From contig NC_092401.1 of the NCBI RefSeq assembly GCF_030028105.1, forward strand, positions 7,908,984 to 7,972,983: a DNA stretch of 64,000 nucleotides, in the 5' to 3' direction. Below the pieces are notes generated by a model. The model was given only the letters and a program-made list of their open reading frames with translations. It had not been told where the DNA came from and did not search any database. Each line of letters starts with the position of its first letter. The stretch's first letter is position 1. Source of the DNA: Mobula birostris (lineage: Eukaryota). This document shows, one piece after another, positions 1-10,299 of this stretch. The position numbers and the translations under genes are program-made.

Positions 1-659
1 TGCAAGATTTGACAAACTTCTGTAGATGTGTAATGGAGAGTGGTGACTGGCTGCATCAATGCCTTTGAATGAGAACATCAATGCCCTTGGACGAGAATCC
101 TCCAGAAAGTAGTCGATACTTCCCAGTACATCACAGGTAAAGCCGTCCCCACCACTGAGCACATCTACATGAAATGTTGTCACAGGAAAGCAGCATCCAT
201 CATCCTGGACCTCTAGTAACCAGGACATGCTCTCTTCTCACTGTTGTCATCAGGAAGAAAAGGTACAGGAGCCTCAGGACTCACACCACCATGTTCAGGA
301 ACTGTTATTACCCCTCAACCATCAGGCTTTTGAACCAGAGGGAATAACTTCACTTGCCCCATCATTGTAATGTAAACACAACCAATGGACTCACTTTCCA
401 GGACTCTTCATCTCATGTTCTCGATATTTATTGCTTATTTATTTATTACTATTATTACTTCTTTTCTTCTTCTTTTTGTATTTGCACAATTTGCTGTCTT
501 TTGGTCATCATTTGAACGCCCAAGTTGGTGTAGTCTTCACTGATTCTGTTTTGGTTATTATTCTAATGATGTATTGAGTATGCCCACAAGGAAATGAATC
601 TCTGGGTTGTACATGTTGTCATATATGTACTTTGATAATAAATTTTACTTTGAACTTTG
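1..659 (+). mobile_element. Rex1/Babar-type LINE, 3' fragment
   Basis: Degenerate C-terminal coding region (gcatccatcatc...ggtacaggagcctcagg), ending aataaattttactttgaactttg. Confidence 0.65.
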
Positions 660-690
660 CTCAACTTTTCCATCTTGGCTGGCCCAGTTA

Positions 691-1105
691 GTCGCTCCTG
701 TACTAGTCTTGTTTTTCCAGGCGCTTTGGTTTCCTTCCACAGTCCAAACAAATACCGATGGTAGAGTCATTCTAAATTGTCCAAACACACACCGGTGGTA
801 CAGTCATTGTAAATTGTCCAAACACATACTGGTGGTAGAGTCATTCTAAGTTGTCCAAACGCATACTGGTGGTACAGTCATTGTAAATTGTCCAAACACA
901 CACCGGTGGTACAGTCATTGTAAATTGTCCAAACGCATACTGGTGGTAGAGTCATTGTAAATTGTCCAAACACACACCGGTGCTAGGGTAATTGGTCATT
1001 GTAAATTGTCCCATGATTAGTCTGGAGTTAAATTGGGGGTTGCTGTATGGTGTGGCTCGAAGGCCTTAAAGGACTACTCCACACTGTATCTCAATCAATA
1101 AATAT
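691..1105 (+). mobile_element. 5'-truncated tRNA-derived V-domain SINE with internal tandem amplification
   Basis: ggtttccttccacagtccaaac core and ctgtatctcaatcaataaat tail match the other SINE copies in the window. Confidence 0.7.
744..1010 (+). repeat. 37-bp minisatellite, about 7 copies
   Basis: Unit ccaaacacacaccggtggtacagtcattgtaaattgt read directly in tandem. Confidence 0.9.
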
Positions 1106-1112
1106 ATATACA

Positions 1113-1470
1113 TATTAAACATTTAGATGATAATGTGGTAAAGTAGATCAGCAAATTTGTGGTTGACACCAAGATACTGGACATCACAGTATGCAGTGTG
1201 ATCTGGACCAGTTGGAAAAATGGACTGAGAAGTGGGAGATGGAATTTAATGCAGACAAGTGTGAGGTGTTGCACGTTGGGAGGACAAACCAGAATAGGAC
1301 TTACACAGTGAGGAGTGTACAACAAAGGGATCAGCAAATTATCAGATTGATAATTCCTAGAAAGTGGCATCACAAGTACATGAGGTCGTAAAGTGACCTC
1401 TTGGCTCAATGGCCTTCATAAATCAGAGCACTGAATATAATAGTTTAGATGTAATATTAAAATTGTAGAA
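1113..1470 (+). mobile_element. CR1 LINE RT fragment
   Basis: ORF 1191-1391 DLDQLEKWTEKWEMEFNADKCEVLHVG. Confidence 0.8.
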
Positions 1471-1474
1471 GAAC

Positions 1475-1944
1475 CTAGAACATAGACATAGACATCTACA
1501 GCACGTTACAGGCCATTTGGCCCACAATGTTATGCCAACCATTTAACCTAGTCTAGAAACTGCCTAGAATTTCCTACCACATAACCCTCTACTTTTCTAA
1601 GCTCCGTGTACATATCTAAGAGGCTCTTAAAAGACCCTGTTGTATCAGCTTCCACCACGGCCGCTGGCAGTGCATTCCACACACCCATCACTCTGTGTGG
1701 AAAAACTTACCCCTGACAACCCCCCTGTAGCTACTTCCAAGCACCTTAAAACTACGTCCTGTTGTGTTAGCCATTTCAGCCCTGGAGAAAGCCTCTGGAT
1801 GTCCATATGATCAATGCCTCTCACCATCTTATTCACCTCTATCAAGTCACCTCTCATCCTCCACCGCTCCAAGGAGAAAAGGCAAGTTCACTCAATCTAT
1901 TCTCATATGGCATGCTCTCCAATCCAGGCAACATCCTTGTGAAT
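1475..1944 (-). mobile_element. CR1 LINE 3' end (continues at 5018)
   Basis: ORF 1645-1872 RMRGDLIEV..., CR1 tail; interrupted by the LTR element at 1945. Confidence 0.85.
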
Positions 1945-2553
1945 TGTCATGATCCAGTCCATAAAGCCCACATTCTGGTTCACAGTCCGGTCCGTCGTTA
2001 CCTTATTTCGGGGTTTTCCTATTTTCCCTTGTTCCATTGGGTGCCTTAATTGAGGCACCTGATTCTCATCATGGGCTGGCACATAAATATCTCTCAAACG
2101 AAGGATTTTCTGCTGGACTGTTCCCTTCCCCATCCCCAACAGTTACCTCACCTGCCACTTTGTCAGAATCCTTGTCAAGTATCCTCGGCAGTCATCCCAG
2201 CCCTGCGTCCTAAAAAGGGTCCTGGCCCTGCATCCTGGAAAGTATCCCAGCCCTGCATCCTAGAAGAGTCCTGGTGTCTCTGAGCCCAAGTAGGAGTCCG
2301 GGCTCTGTACCCTAGAGCCTAACTCAGCCAAGTCCAAGGGCCGAGCCAAATCTAGTTCAAGAACCACGTCCTGTGCTGGAGTCTCCTCGTCCTGTGCTGA
2401 AGTTCCCTGGCCCAGCCCAAGAGTTCCCTTGCCCAGCCTTGTGCTGGAGATCCCTCGTCCAGTCCAGGAGTCTCTCATCTAGTCCAAGCCACGTCCAAGT
2501 ACCACGTCAGGTCCCAGTCCAGGCTTTGTATTCCCAGTACTATCTAGTGTCTA

Positions 2554-3648
2554 TGTCATGGTCCAGTCCATGAAGTCCGTATTCCGGTTCAAGGTCCGGT
2601 CCATCGACCCTTGCTCTAGGTTTTCCTATCTACCCTGTTTCTGTCCTTGTTGAGCTAATTGAGGCAGCTGATGCTCGTTGGGACTGGCTGCATAAATACC
2701 TCCAGAGACCAGGGCGTGGCTGCTGGATTGTTCTTGTTTTTACTCCTTGGATCCCTTCCTCTGCCTTCTGTTTCCTCGCCTGAAGCCCTGCCTTGTCTTG
2801 CCGGTAACTCTCGCCTCACCTGAAGTTCTTGTCTTGCCTTGCTTTGCCTGTAGCCTTGACTTGTCTTGCTGTCTGGTCCTGGAGCCACCCTATACCTAGC
2901 TCCCTTTCTGTCCCTTGCCTCCGCCCAGGTAGACCAGGCCGTCTTGCCGTTACCTGGGGTTGGTTCTGTCCCTTCCTGTCGCTTGCCCCTGTCAGGTGGT
3001 GAACCGCGCCCTGCCCAGGAGTACCGCGCCCTGCCCAGGAGTACCGCGCCCTGCCCAAGAGTACTGCGCCCTGCCCAGGAGAACCGCGCCCTGCCCAGGA
3101 AGAGCCAAGCCTCGCCTCAAGTCTCAAGTCTCCAGCCTCCTGCCAAGCCTCACCTCGCCTCGTCTCCTGCCTCCAGCCTCCAGCCTCGCCTCACCTCATC
3201 TCCTGCCTCCAGCCTCTAGCCTCGCCTCACCTCACGTCTTCTGCCTCCAGCCTCCTGCCAAGCCTCGCCTCGCCTCAAGTCTTCTGCCTCCAGCCTCCTG
3301 CCAAGCCTCGCCTCGCCTCAAGTCTTCTGCCTCCAGCCTCCTGCCAAGCCTTGCCTTGCCTCGTCTCCTGCCTCCAGCCTCCTGCCAAGCCAAGCCAAGT
3401 CTCTAGCCTCTAGCCTCTTGCCAAGCCAAGCCAAGTCTCTAGCCTCTAGCCTCAAGCTTCAAGCCTGTAGATTTCTGCCTCATCCTGCCTGCCTGCCAAG
3501 CCTCATCCTTGCCTATTTCTGGGGTCCGAGCTAGAAGCAAGACCCAGGTACTGGGTCCTTGTCCAGTCTCTGGCTTGGAGTCCAAGCCCGGACTCCTAGC
3601 TCTTTTGTCTTGAACTTGGGTCCGTTCCCAGCCACCGCCCTTATGACA
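2554..3648 (+). mobile_element. Solo LTR of a related family nested in the 5' LTR
   Basis: TGTCAT...ATGACA termini; perfect GTCTA TSD at 2549-2553 and 3649-3653; the uninterrupted site is present in the 3' LTR near 4690-4705. Confidence 0.9.
3003..3460 (+). repeat. Tandem arrays inside the nested LTR: 21-bp gagtaccgcgccctgcccagg units, then gcctccagcctcctgccaagcctcgcct-type units
   Basis: Read directly from the sequence. Confidence 0.85.
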
Positions 3649-5017
3649 GTCTAGTCTGTTCCTAGTCCCAAGTCCTAGCCTGGACCTGGGTTCCGAGCGC
3701 GATTCAAGACCCATGTGCCGGGTCCCTGTCCAGTCTCTGGCTCAGAGTCCTAGTCCAAGCTCCTAGTTCCAAGTTCCTTGTCCAGGTCCCACTTTCCTAG
3801 TTTTAGTCCTAGCCCAGGCCCTGTGTCTTTATCTCGTCCAGGGCCGGTGGCCATGGCAGGCATCATTTCTTCCCAACTTCCCTTGCATTCTTGATAATCT
3901 TAAGTCTCGTTCCTAGTACTTCAGTGTCTGTGTCTTGCATCTGGGTCCACTCCCATCACCACCCCTTGTAAAAGAACAGTCCAGTCATACATGGACCCAG
4001 CAACGCAGACAATGTCATTTAATTCTCACCATCCTGGGTTCCCTCCTGTTGAATCCCACCCACCCCCCCACACACACACGCATAGGTCGTCCATAGTCCG
4101 GGAAAGCTTGTTAGGTCGCCAGGAGGATCCCATAGTGGGGGGTGGAGTACTGTCATGGTCTGGTCCCTGAGGTCTGCATTCCAGTTCACGGTCCGGTCCG
4201 TCGACTCCTTATTCCGGGTTTTCCTGTTTTCCCTTGTTCCATTGGGTGCATTAATTGAGGCACCTGATTCTCATTTTGGGCTGGCACATAAATGTCTCTC
4301 AAACCAAGGATCCCCTCCCGGACTGTTCCCTTCCCCTCCCTTCCAAATCCCCGGTGGTTACCTCGCCTGCTACCTTTGTCAAGTATCCTTGGCAGTGACC
4401 TCATCAAATATCCTCAGCAGTTACCTTGGCAAATATCCTGGGCAGTCATCCCGGCCCTGCATCCTGGAAAGCATCCTGGCCCTGCATCCTAGAAGGGTCC
4501 CAGTGGCTCCGAGCCCAAGTAGGAGTCCCAGCTCAGTACCCTAGAGCTTAACCCAGCCAAGTCCAAGAGCCGAGCCAAATCTAGTTCAAGAGCCATGTCC
4601 TGTGCTGGAGTTCCCTCGCCCAGCCCAGGAGTCTCTCGTCTAGTCCAAGCCATGGCCTAGTACCTTGTCCAGTCCCAGTCCAGTACTATCTAGTGTCTAG
4701 TCTGTTCCTAGTCCTGAGTCCTCACCTGGATCCGGGTTCCGAGCCTGATTCAAGACCCATGCCCCAGGTCCCTGTCCAGTCTCTGGCTCAGAATCCTAGT
4801 CCAGGCTCCTAGTTCCAAGTTCCTCGTCCAGATCCCACTTCCCTAGTCTTAGTCCTAGCCTAGGCCCTGTGTCCTTGTCTCATCCAGGGCCTGTGTCCAT
4901 GGCAGGCGTCGTTTCTTCCCGACTTCCCTTGCATTCTTGGTAATCTTAGTCCAGCTCCTAGTCCTTCAGTGTCTGTGTCTTGCATTTGGGTCCACTCCCA
5001 TCACCCCCCTTGTAACA

Positions 5018-5745
5018 TAAATCTCCTCTGCACTCTGTCCATAGCATCCACATCCTTCCTGCAGTGAGGTGACCAGTACTCCAAGTGGGGTCTAATTAAG
5101 GTCTTAGATAAATGCAACATTACCTCACAGCTTTTGAATTCAATCCCATGGTTGATGAAGGTCAACACACCATACGCCTTCTTAACAACACTGTCAACCA
5201 GCACAGTTTTGAGTGTCCTATGGACACGATCCCAAGATTTCTCCGATCCTCCACGTTGCCAAGAGTCTTACCATTAATATACTATATTCTGTCTTCAAAG
5301 TTGACCTACCAAAATGAACCACCTCACACTTATCTGGCTTGAACTCCACCTGCCACTTCTCAGCCCAGTTCTGCATCCTATTGGTGTCCCACTGTAACCT
5401 CCGACAATCCTTCAGACTATCCACAACACCCCCAGCTTTCGTGGCATCAGCAAACTTACTAACCCACCCTTCTACTTCCTCATCCAGGCCATTTATAGAA
5501 ATCACAAAGAGGAGGGGCCCCAGAACAGATCCCTGCAAAACTCCTCTGATCATCGACCTTCATGCAGAATACGAACCATCTACAACCACTTTGCCTTCTG
5601 TGGGCAAGCCAATTCTCAATCCACAAAGCAAGGTCTCCTTGGATCCCATGCCTGCTTACTTTCTGAATTAACCTCACATGGGGAAGTTTATCAAATGCCT
5701 TACTGAAATCCATATATATGATATCCACTGCTCTGCCTTCATCAG
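5018..5745 (-). mobile_element. CR1 LINE RT region, continuation of 1475-1944
   Basis: ORFs [31 protein letters not shown]; joins 1944 seamlessly once the insertion is removed. Confidence 0.9.
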
Positions 5746-6324
5746 GATTTTGGTGAGACCAAATTTGGAGCAGTGTATGGGGTTCTGGTCACCAGCTATG
5801 GAAAGATAGCAATAAGCTTGATAGAGTTCAGAGAAAATTTTCAAGGATATTGCCAGGACTTGAGGACCTGATTTATAGGGAGAGTTGAATAGGTTCAGAC
5901 TTTATTTTTTGGAATGAGGGAGAAAGAGGGGAGATCTTATAGAAGTAAATAAAATAATAAGAGATACAGATAGGGTGAATGCATACAGACTTTGTTCTAA
6001 GACTGGAGGTCATACATCAGGGGTTCGCAACCTGGGGTCTACAGACTCCTTGCCTAATGGTATTGGTCTGTGGCACGAAAACAGTTGGGAACCCCTGTCA
6101 CTGAGTGAAAGATCCACCTGAGGGAGAACTTCTTCACTCAGAGGGTGTTGGGAATGTGCAACAAGCTGCCAGTGGAAATAGCAGATGCAGGTTCAATTGT
6201 AATATTCAGGAGAAGTTTAGATAAGTATTGGAGGGGTATAGAGGGGTATATGGCTGGGGGTAGATGGGATGAGGCCAACATGGACTAGAAGGGCCAAAGG
6301 GCCTGTTTTTGTGCTGTAGTGCTC
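5746..6324 (+). mobile_element. CR1 LINE 3' fragment
   Basis: gtgagaccaaatttggag...ggggagatcttatagaag...gggccaaagggcctg, degenerate. Confidence 0.7.
6018..6097. mobile_element. 80-bp hAT-type MITE
   Basis: TIRs caggggttc(g)caac / gttgggaacccctg; family copies at 20434, 49209, ~54649. Confidence 0.7.
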
Positions 6325-6773
6325 AACGGCTATTTGTCATCAACTACTTCCTCCTTTTTCTTTTCAGCAGGAACAAATCACATGATCGGAGGCTTCACCT
6401 CTATTGATTCACTGGGTATTTTGCTTCTAATTCTTGGGAAGTTCTTGTTGATCTCTTTTCTCACAACTCCAGTGCATGTCAGGTCTCTCCTTCCTCTCGA
6501 CATTTCCAAGGTCAAGCTACTCGGTGTTTGCAGCAGTTTCTGTTTTTGTTTTGGACTGAACTTGCCCTGGACTGGAAGGCCAGTTGTGTGATACAGATGA
6601 GTGAACTGCCCACAGTCTGGCAGCGTGTGGATTCATGGAGTCCACTCTCCTCTTCCAGAATTATTGTCCCTACAGTCTGGGAAAACAGAGTGGCGGTGAG
6701 CAGCTTCTTCAGCAGATGAGAAATGACCAGATGGGAGGCTGCTTGAGCTGTAATATAAATAGCCTGGAGAGTG

Positions 6774-7650
6774 GTTACAGAGCTCCATAATCAAGTTCGC
6801 AGACGACACCACGGTTGTTGGCCTGATCAGAAGGAATGACGAGACGGCCTACAGGTCCGGCACCTGGCCGAGTGGTGTACCGACAACAACCTGGCCCAAA
6901 GAGATCATTGTGAACTGCAGGCATGCTAGGAGCCACACTCACGACCCCCATCTACATCAACTGAACTGTAGTAGAGCACGTATCAAGCTTCAAATTCCTT
7001 GGTGTCCACATTTCCGAGGATCTCACCTTGTCCCTGAGCTCCTCCATCCTGATCAAAAAGACACAACAGCGCCTTTATTTCCTGCGGAGCATCAAGAAAG
7101 CTCACCTCTCTCCCAGGATACTGACGGACTTTTACCGCTGTACCATTGAGAGCATGCTCACCAACTGCATCTCAGTGTGGTATGGCAATTGTCCCGTATC
7201 GGACCGCAAAGCACTCCAGCATGTGGTGAAAACTGCCCAGTGGATTATCCGCACCCAATTGCCCACCATTGAGAACATCTACCATAAACGCTGTCTGGGC
7301 AGGGCGATAAGCATTATCAAGGATGCATCTCACCCTAACCATGGACTCTTTACTCTCCTCCCATCTGGTAGGTGCTATAGGAGCCTCCGCTCCAGCACCA
7401 GAAGACACAAGAAGAGCTTCTTCCTTGAGGCTGTGACATTGCTCAACCTCGCATCACAGCGCTAAGCAGTATTGCATCCATATTGCACTGTCTCAGTACT
7501 TGTGTGCTGTAGCACTTACTTTTTATTCGCAGTTATGTTGTGAATAACACTATTCTTTGCATTTCTGGTCAGATGCTAACTGCATTTCATTGGCTTTGTA
7601 TCTGTACTCGACACAATAACAAGAAAGTTGAATCCAATCTAATCTAATCT
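6774..7650 (+). mobile_element. Rex1/Babar-type LINE 3' part
   Basis: IIKFADDTTVVGLI; ORF 7028-7465 KKTQQRLYFLR...; (aatct)n tail. Confidence 0.85.
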
Positions 7651-8691
7651 ATTTAATGCAGGCCCTTTGGACCACAATGTTGTGCCAACTTTTAAACTAC
7701 TCCCCAATCAATCTAACCCTTCCCTCCTACACAGAACATAACCCTCCATTTTTGCTTTCATCCAAGTTTTTAGCGAAGAGATATGGGGAGAATTCCCGAA
7801 GGATGAATGTCTTGATTGAGATCATCTTACTCTAATGCACAAAATGTTTTTTTATTGACTTCCTGGAAAGTCAGATCCAGTTTCTGTATTTACTACATAG
7901 TTATGTATTGTGGTGCATCTGGCAAAGGATGAGATTAAACAGCGTCTCCCATGAAAGAAGCCCAAACTCAATCACAGACTGAATTCAGATCTTCCTCTTT
8001 AGAATCAGAATCTGAATTCAATATCACTGCCATATAGTGCGTCATGAAGTTTGGTGTTTTGTGGTAATAAATAAAAAACTATAAATTACAATAAGAAATA
8101 GTCGTATACGTAAAAAGATGAATTTAATGCAAAAAGAGAGCAAAAAAAAAGTGAGATATTATTCATGGGTTCATTCATTGTCCAGTTGTGCATATATGCA
8201 GTTCAGATCAGAGGTGATCCCTACAATCACAATAAAGTCCAAAATATATTACCGCTTGGAGTTTACTATCAGAAAACTATTTACTATCAGCCCCAGTGCA
8301 AAAGTGTCCTGTATAAAAACAAACTGAGCATCACATTCCTTGTCAGGAATAGCATTTCAGTCCCAGTGCTCATGTCTCGGAATAAAGCACAGTCTCACCG
8401 TTAGTTATTGGTTAAAAATCCCAATCCTCACAACCAGCAAACAGAAACTGAAAGACCACAAGATGCACCCTCCCACTTCTGAACATCTTGCACAATTTAC
8501 ACAGCAGTCCTTGTGCACAATTTACACACAGTACTTCCACAGTTTCAGCAATGCTCTTCCCCACCAACAGTGAGTTGCTCCTCTTCTCCGGTCTGCAGGT
8601 TCTAGACTGCAGCCAAGTTTGAGACTTCGGTGCTTCCTCAAACCTCTGCTATGCTCCTATCAACAAAGTTTTGAACTTACTTCTGTGTGTA

Positions 8692-8938
8692 TGTGATATT
8701 TCAATAATATTTGAGTAAATATGTGTTGTTTAATTAGGGATTCATCTTCATTTAAATAATTAATTACAAGTTATGAGTATAAATATATTAATTACACATG
8801 TCATTATACTACCACGTGATATGTGAGTCCCTTGCTTAAAGTAAATGTGAAGTTACACGCGCATTCCTGGACACCTGCGTCTTTTTTGAATTAGTTTAAT
8901 ATTTTGAAGCTACAAAACTTAACGATGGTGACGGGGAT
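8692..8938 (+). mobile_element. Possible AT-rich Gypsy LTR followed by PBS-like TGGTGACGGGGAT
   Basis: TGTGA start, ends ...aaaacttaacg, then TGG motif; recognised by resemblance only. Confidence 0.4.
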
Positions 8939-8939
8939 G

Positions 8940-9480
8940 GGATCATAGTGTGTAATTATAGCATCTGATGTCACCATTTCCTTTACCTTTTTGAAAGCCA
9001 CCTCACACTGCTTTGTCCACTGCCATTTCTACTCGATCTATAGTAATGAGTTCAAGAGGTGGAGCAGGTTTGGCAGGAACCTATTATAGTCACTTACAAA
9101 TCCTAAAAAGGACTGCAGCTGTGACACGTCTTTTGGCCTTGGGCCATCCATCACTGCTTAAATTTTCTCAGTGCACTTGTGTAATCCTTGTGCATCAGTT
9201 GTGTGGCCACAGTAAGTGATGCTTGGTTTAAAGAACTCACACTTGTCGCGACACGCTCTGAGCTTTTAACACTGTTTTGAGGCTTTGGAGATGTTCCTTG
9301 TCATCCTTGCCTGTAACAATGATGTCATCCAGGTAACACTGAGCGCCTGGGCAGCCTTGCAGAACCTGGCCCATAGCTTTCTGCCAGCGTGCAGGTGCAG
9401 ATATCACTCTGTTATAGCGATAAAGCCCTTTGTCAGTGGTTATGCTGAGAAACACTCTGGACTTTCTCCATCTGGGAGCC
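8940..9480 (-). mobile_element. Gypsy/Ty3 pol fragment (RT and connection), degenerate
   Basis: KGLYRYNR...QCYLDDIIVTG, then DKCEFFKPSITYCGH, QLQSFLGFV, EMVTSDAIITHYDP. Confidence 0.85.
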
Positions 9481-10299
9481 AAAGACATTGATAAAACAAA
9501 GATGAAAATTCTGCTAAGAAACATGAGCAGCTAATGATGAATTGGAAAAGCAGAACTTGACGACAAGGAGAATGATTTTGGAGGAGAGAATGCATGGTGC
9601 AAAGATTGCTGTGGGAGAAATATCTTCCAGTTCATGGGACACCAATACTAGGAAAGAGGGAAGTGTCACATTGGTGCTTTCACTTGAAATTGGCCAGGGC
9701 CAGAGACTAAGTAAATTAAATATCTGTGGCTTAAAACTGATCATCAGGGATTGGGATTGGAGGCATGGACAGGGGAGGAGTGGGGTGAAGAGAAACTTTA
9801 AAAGTTAAAGGACCAAGCAATAGTGTAGGTGAACAAAATGGGTAAAGACCAGCTGAATGCATCAGGAAGGGACAGAGAGGTGTAACTCCAGTGAGAATTC
9901 ATGAAGCAAAGATAAACTTGAAGGTTCTTTACGTGAAGAAATAGCAGAATAACCAAAAGCAAAAGGGCACAATCAAATAACCATTTCATAGTTGGGTTGT
10001 AACATGGCCAAGGATGGGAATGAAGTATTTGTGTTTACTTTTAGAAGTGACAGACAAATGGAAATGGAATTGGGCAGCAATGGTTTCAAAGGATGGGACA
10101 AAGACAGTAAAGGGAAAAAATGTTGCTCAGAAAATCAAATAGCATATTGGGCTTTAAATAGTTCTCATCATGTGGGTGGGGTATAAAATTCATGAGATTA
10201 GAAGTGTGTGTAACTAGAAAAACACAATAACTGTACGAGACAAGAAGCTGCATACAGGCTGGGCAAACCAATCAGCAGCAATAGTGTGCAGGACAAATT

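Larger units (their letters stand above)
1945..5017 (+). mobile_element. Gypsy/chromovirus-type LTR element with 177-bp internal region (5' LTR 1945-3973, 3' LTR 4151-5017)
   Basis: Two homologous TGTCA...TGTAA(C/A)A repeats; TSD TGAAT/TAAAT; MDPA gag start at 3991; pol-end-like RSPGG remnant; PPT gtggggggtggagtac at 4135-4150. Confidence 0.85.

Noticed and set aside
744-1010. CRISPR-like regular repeats
   Set aside because: Contiguous tandem units with no unique spacers, in eukaryotic DNA, derived from a SINE.
2960-3406. 148-aa Pro/Ser/Ala-rich ORF and overlapping ORFs
   Set aside because: They are translations of the tandem arrays inside an LTR; no splice or domain evidence.
5700-5800. 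Head-to-head CR1 junction as a twin-priming inversion
   Set aside because: Each side has its own 3' tail, so these are two independent insertions.
9520-10270. Possible gag-like remnant next to the Gypsy fragment
   Set aside because: Too degenerate; no motif I could confirm in any frame.
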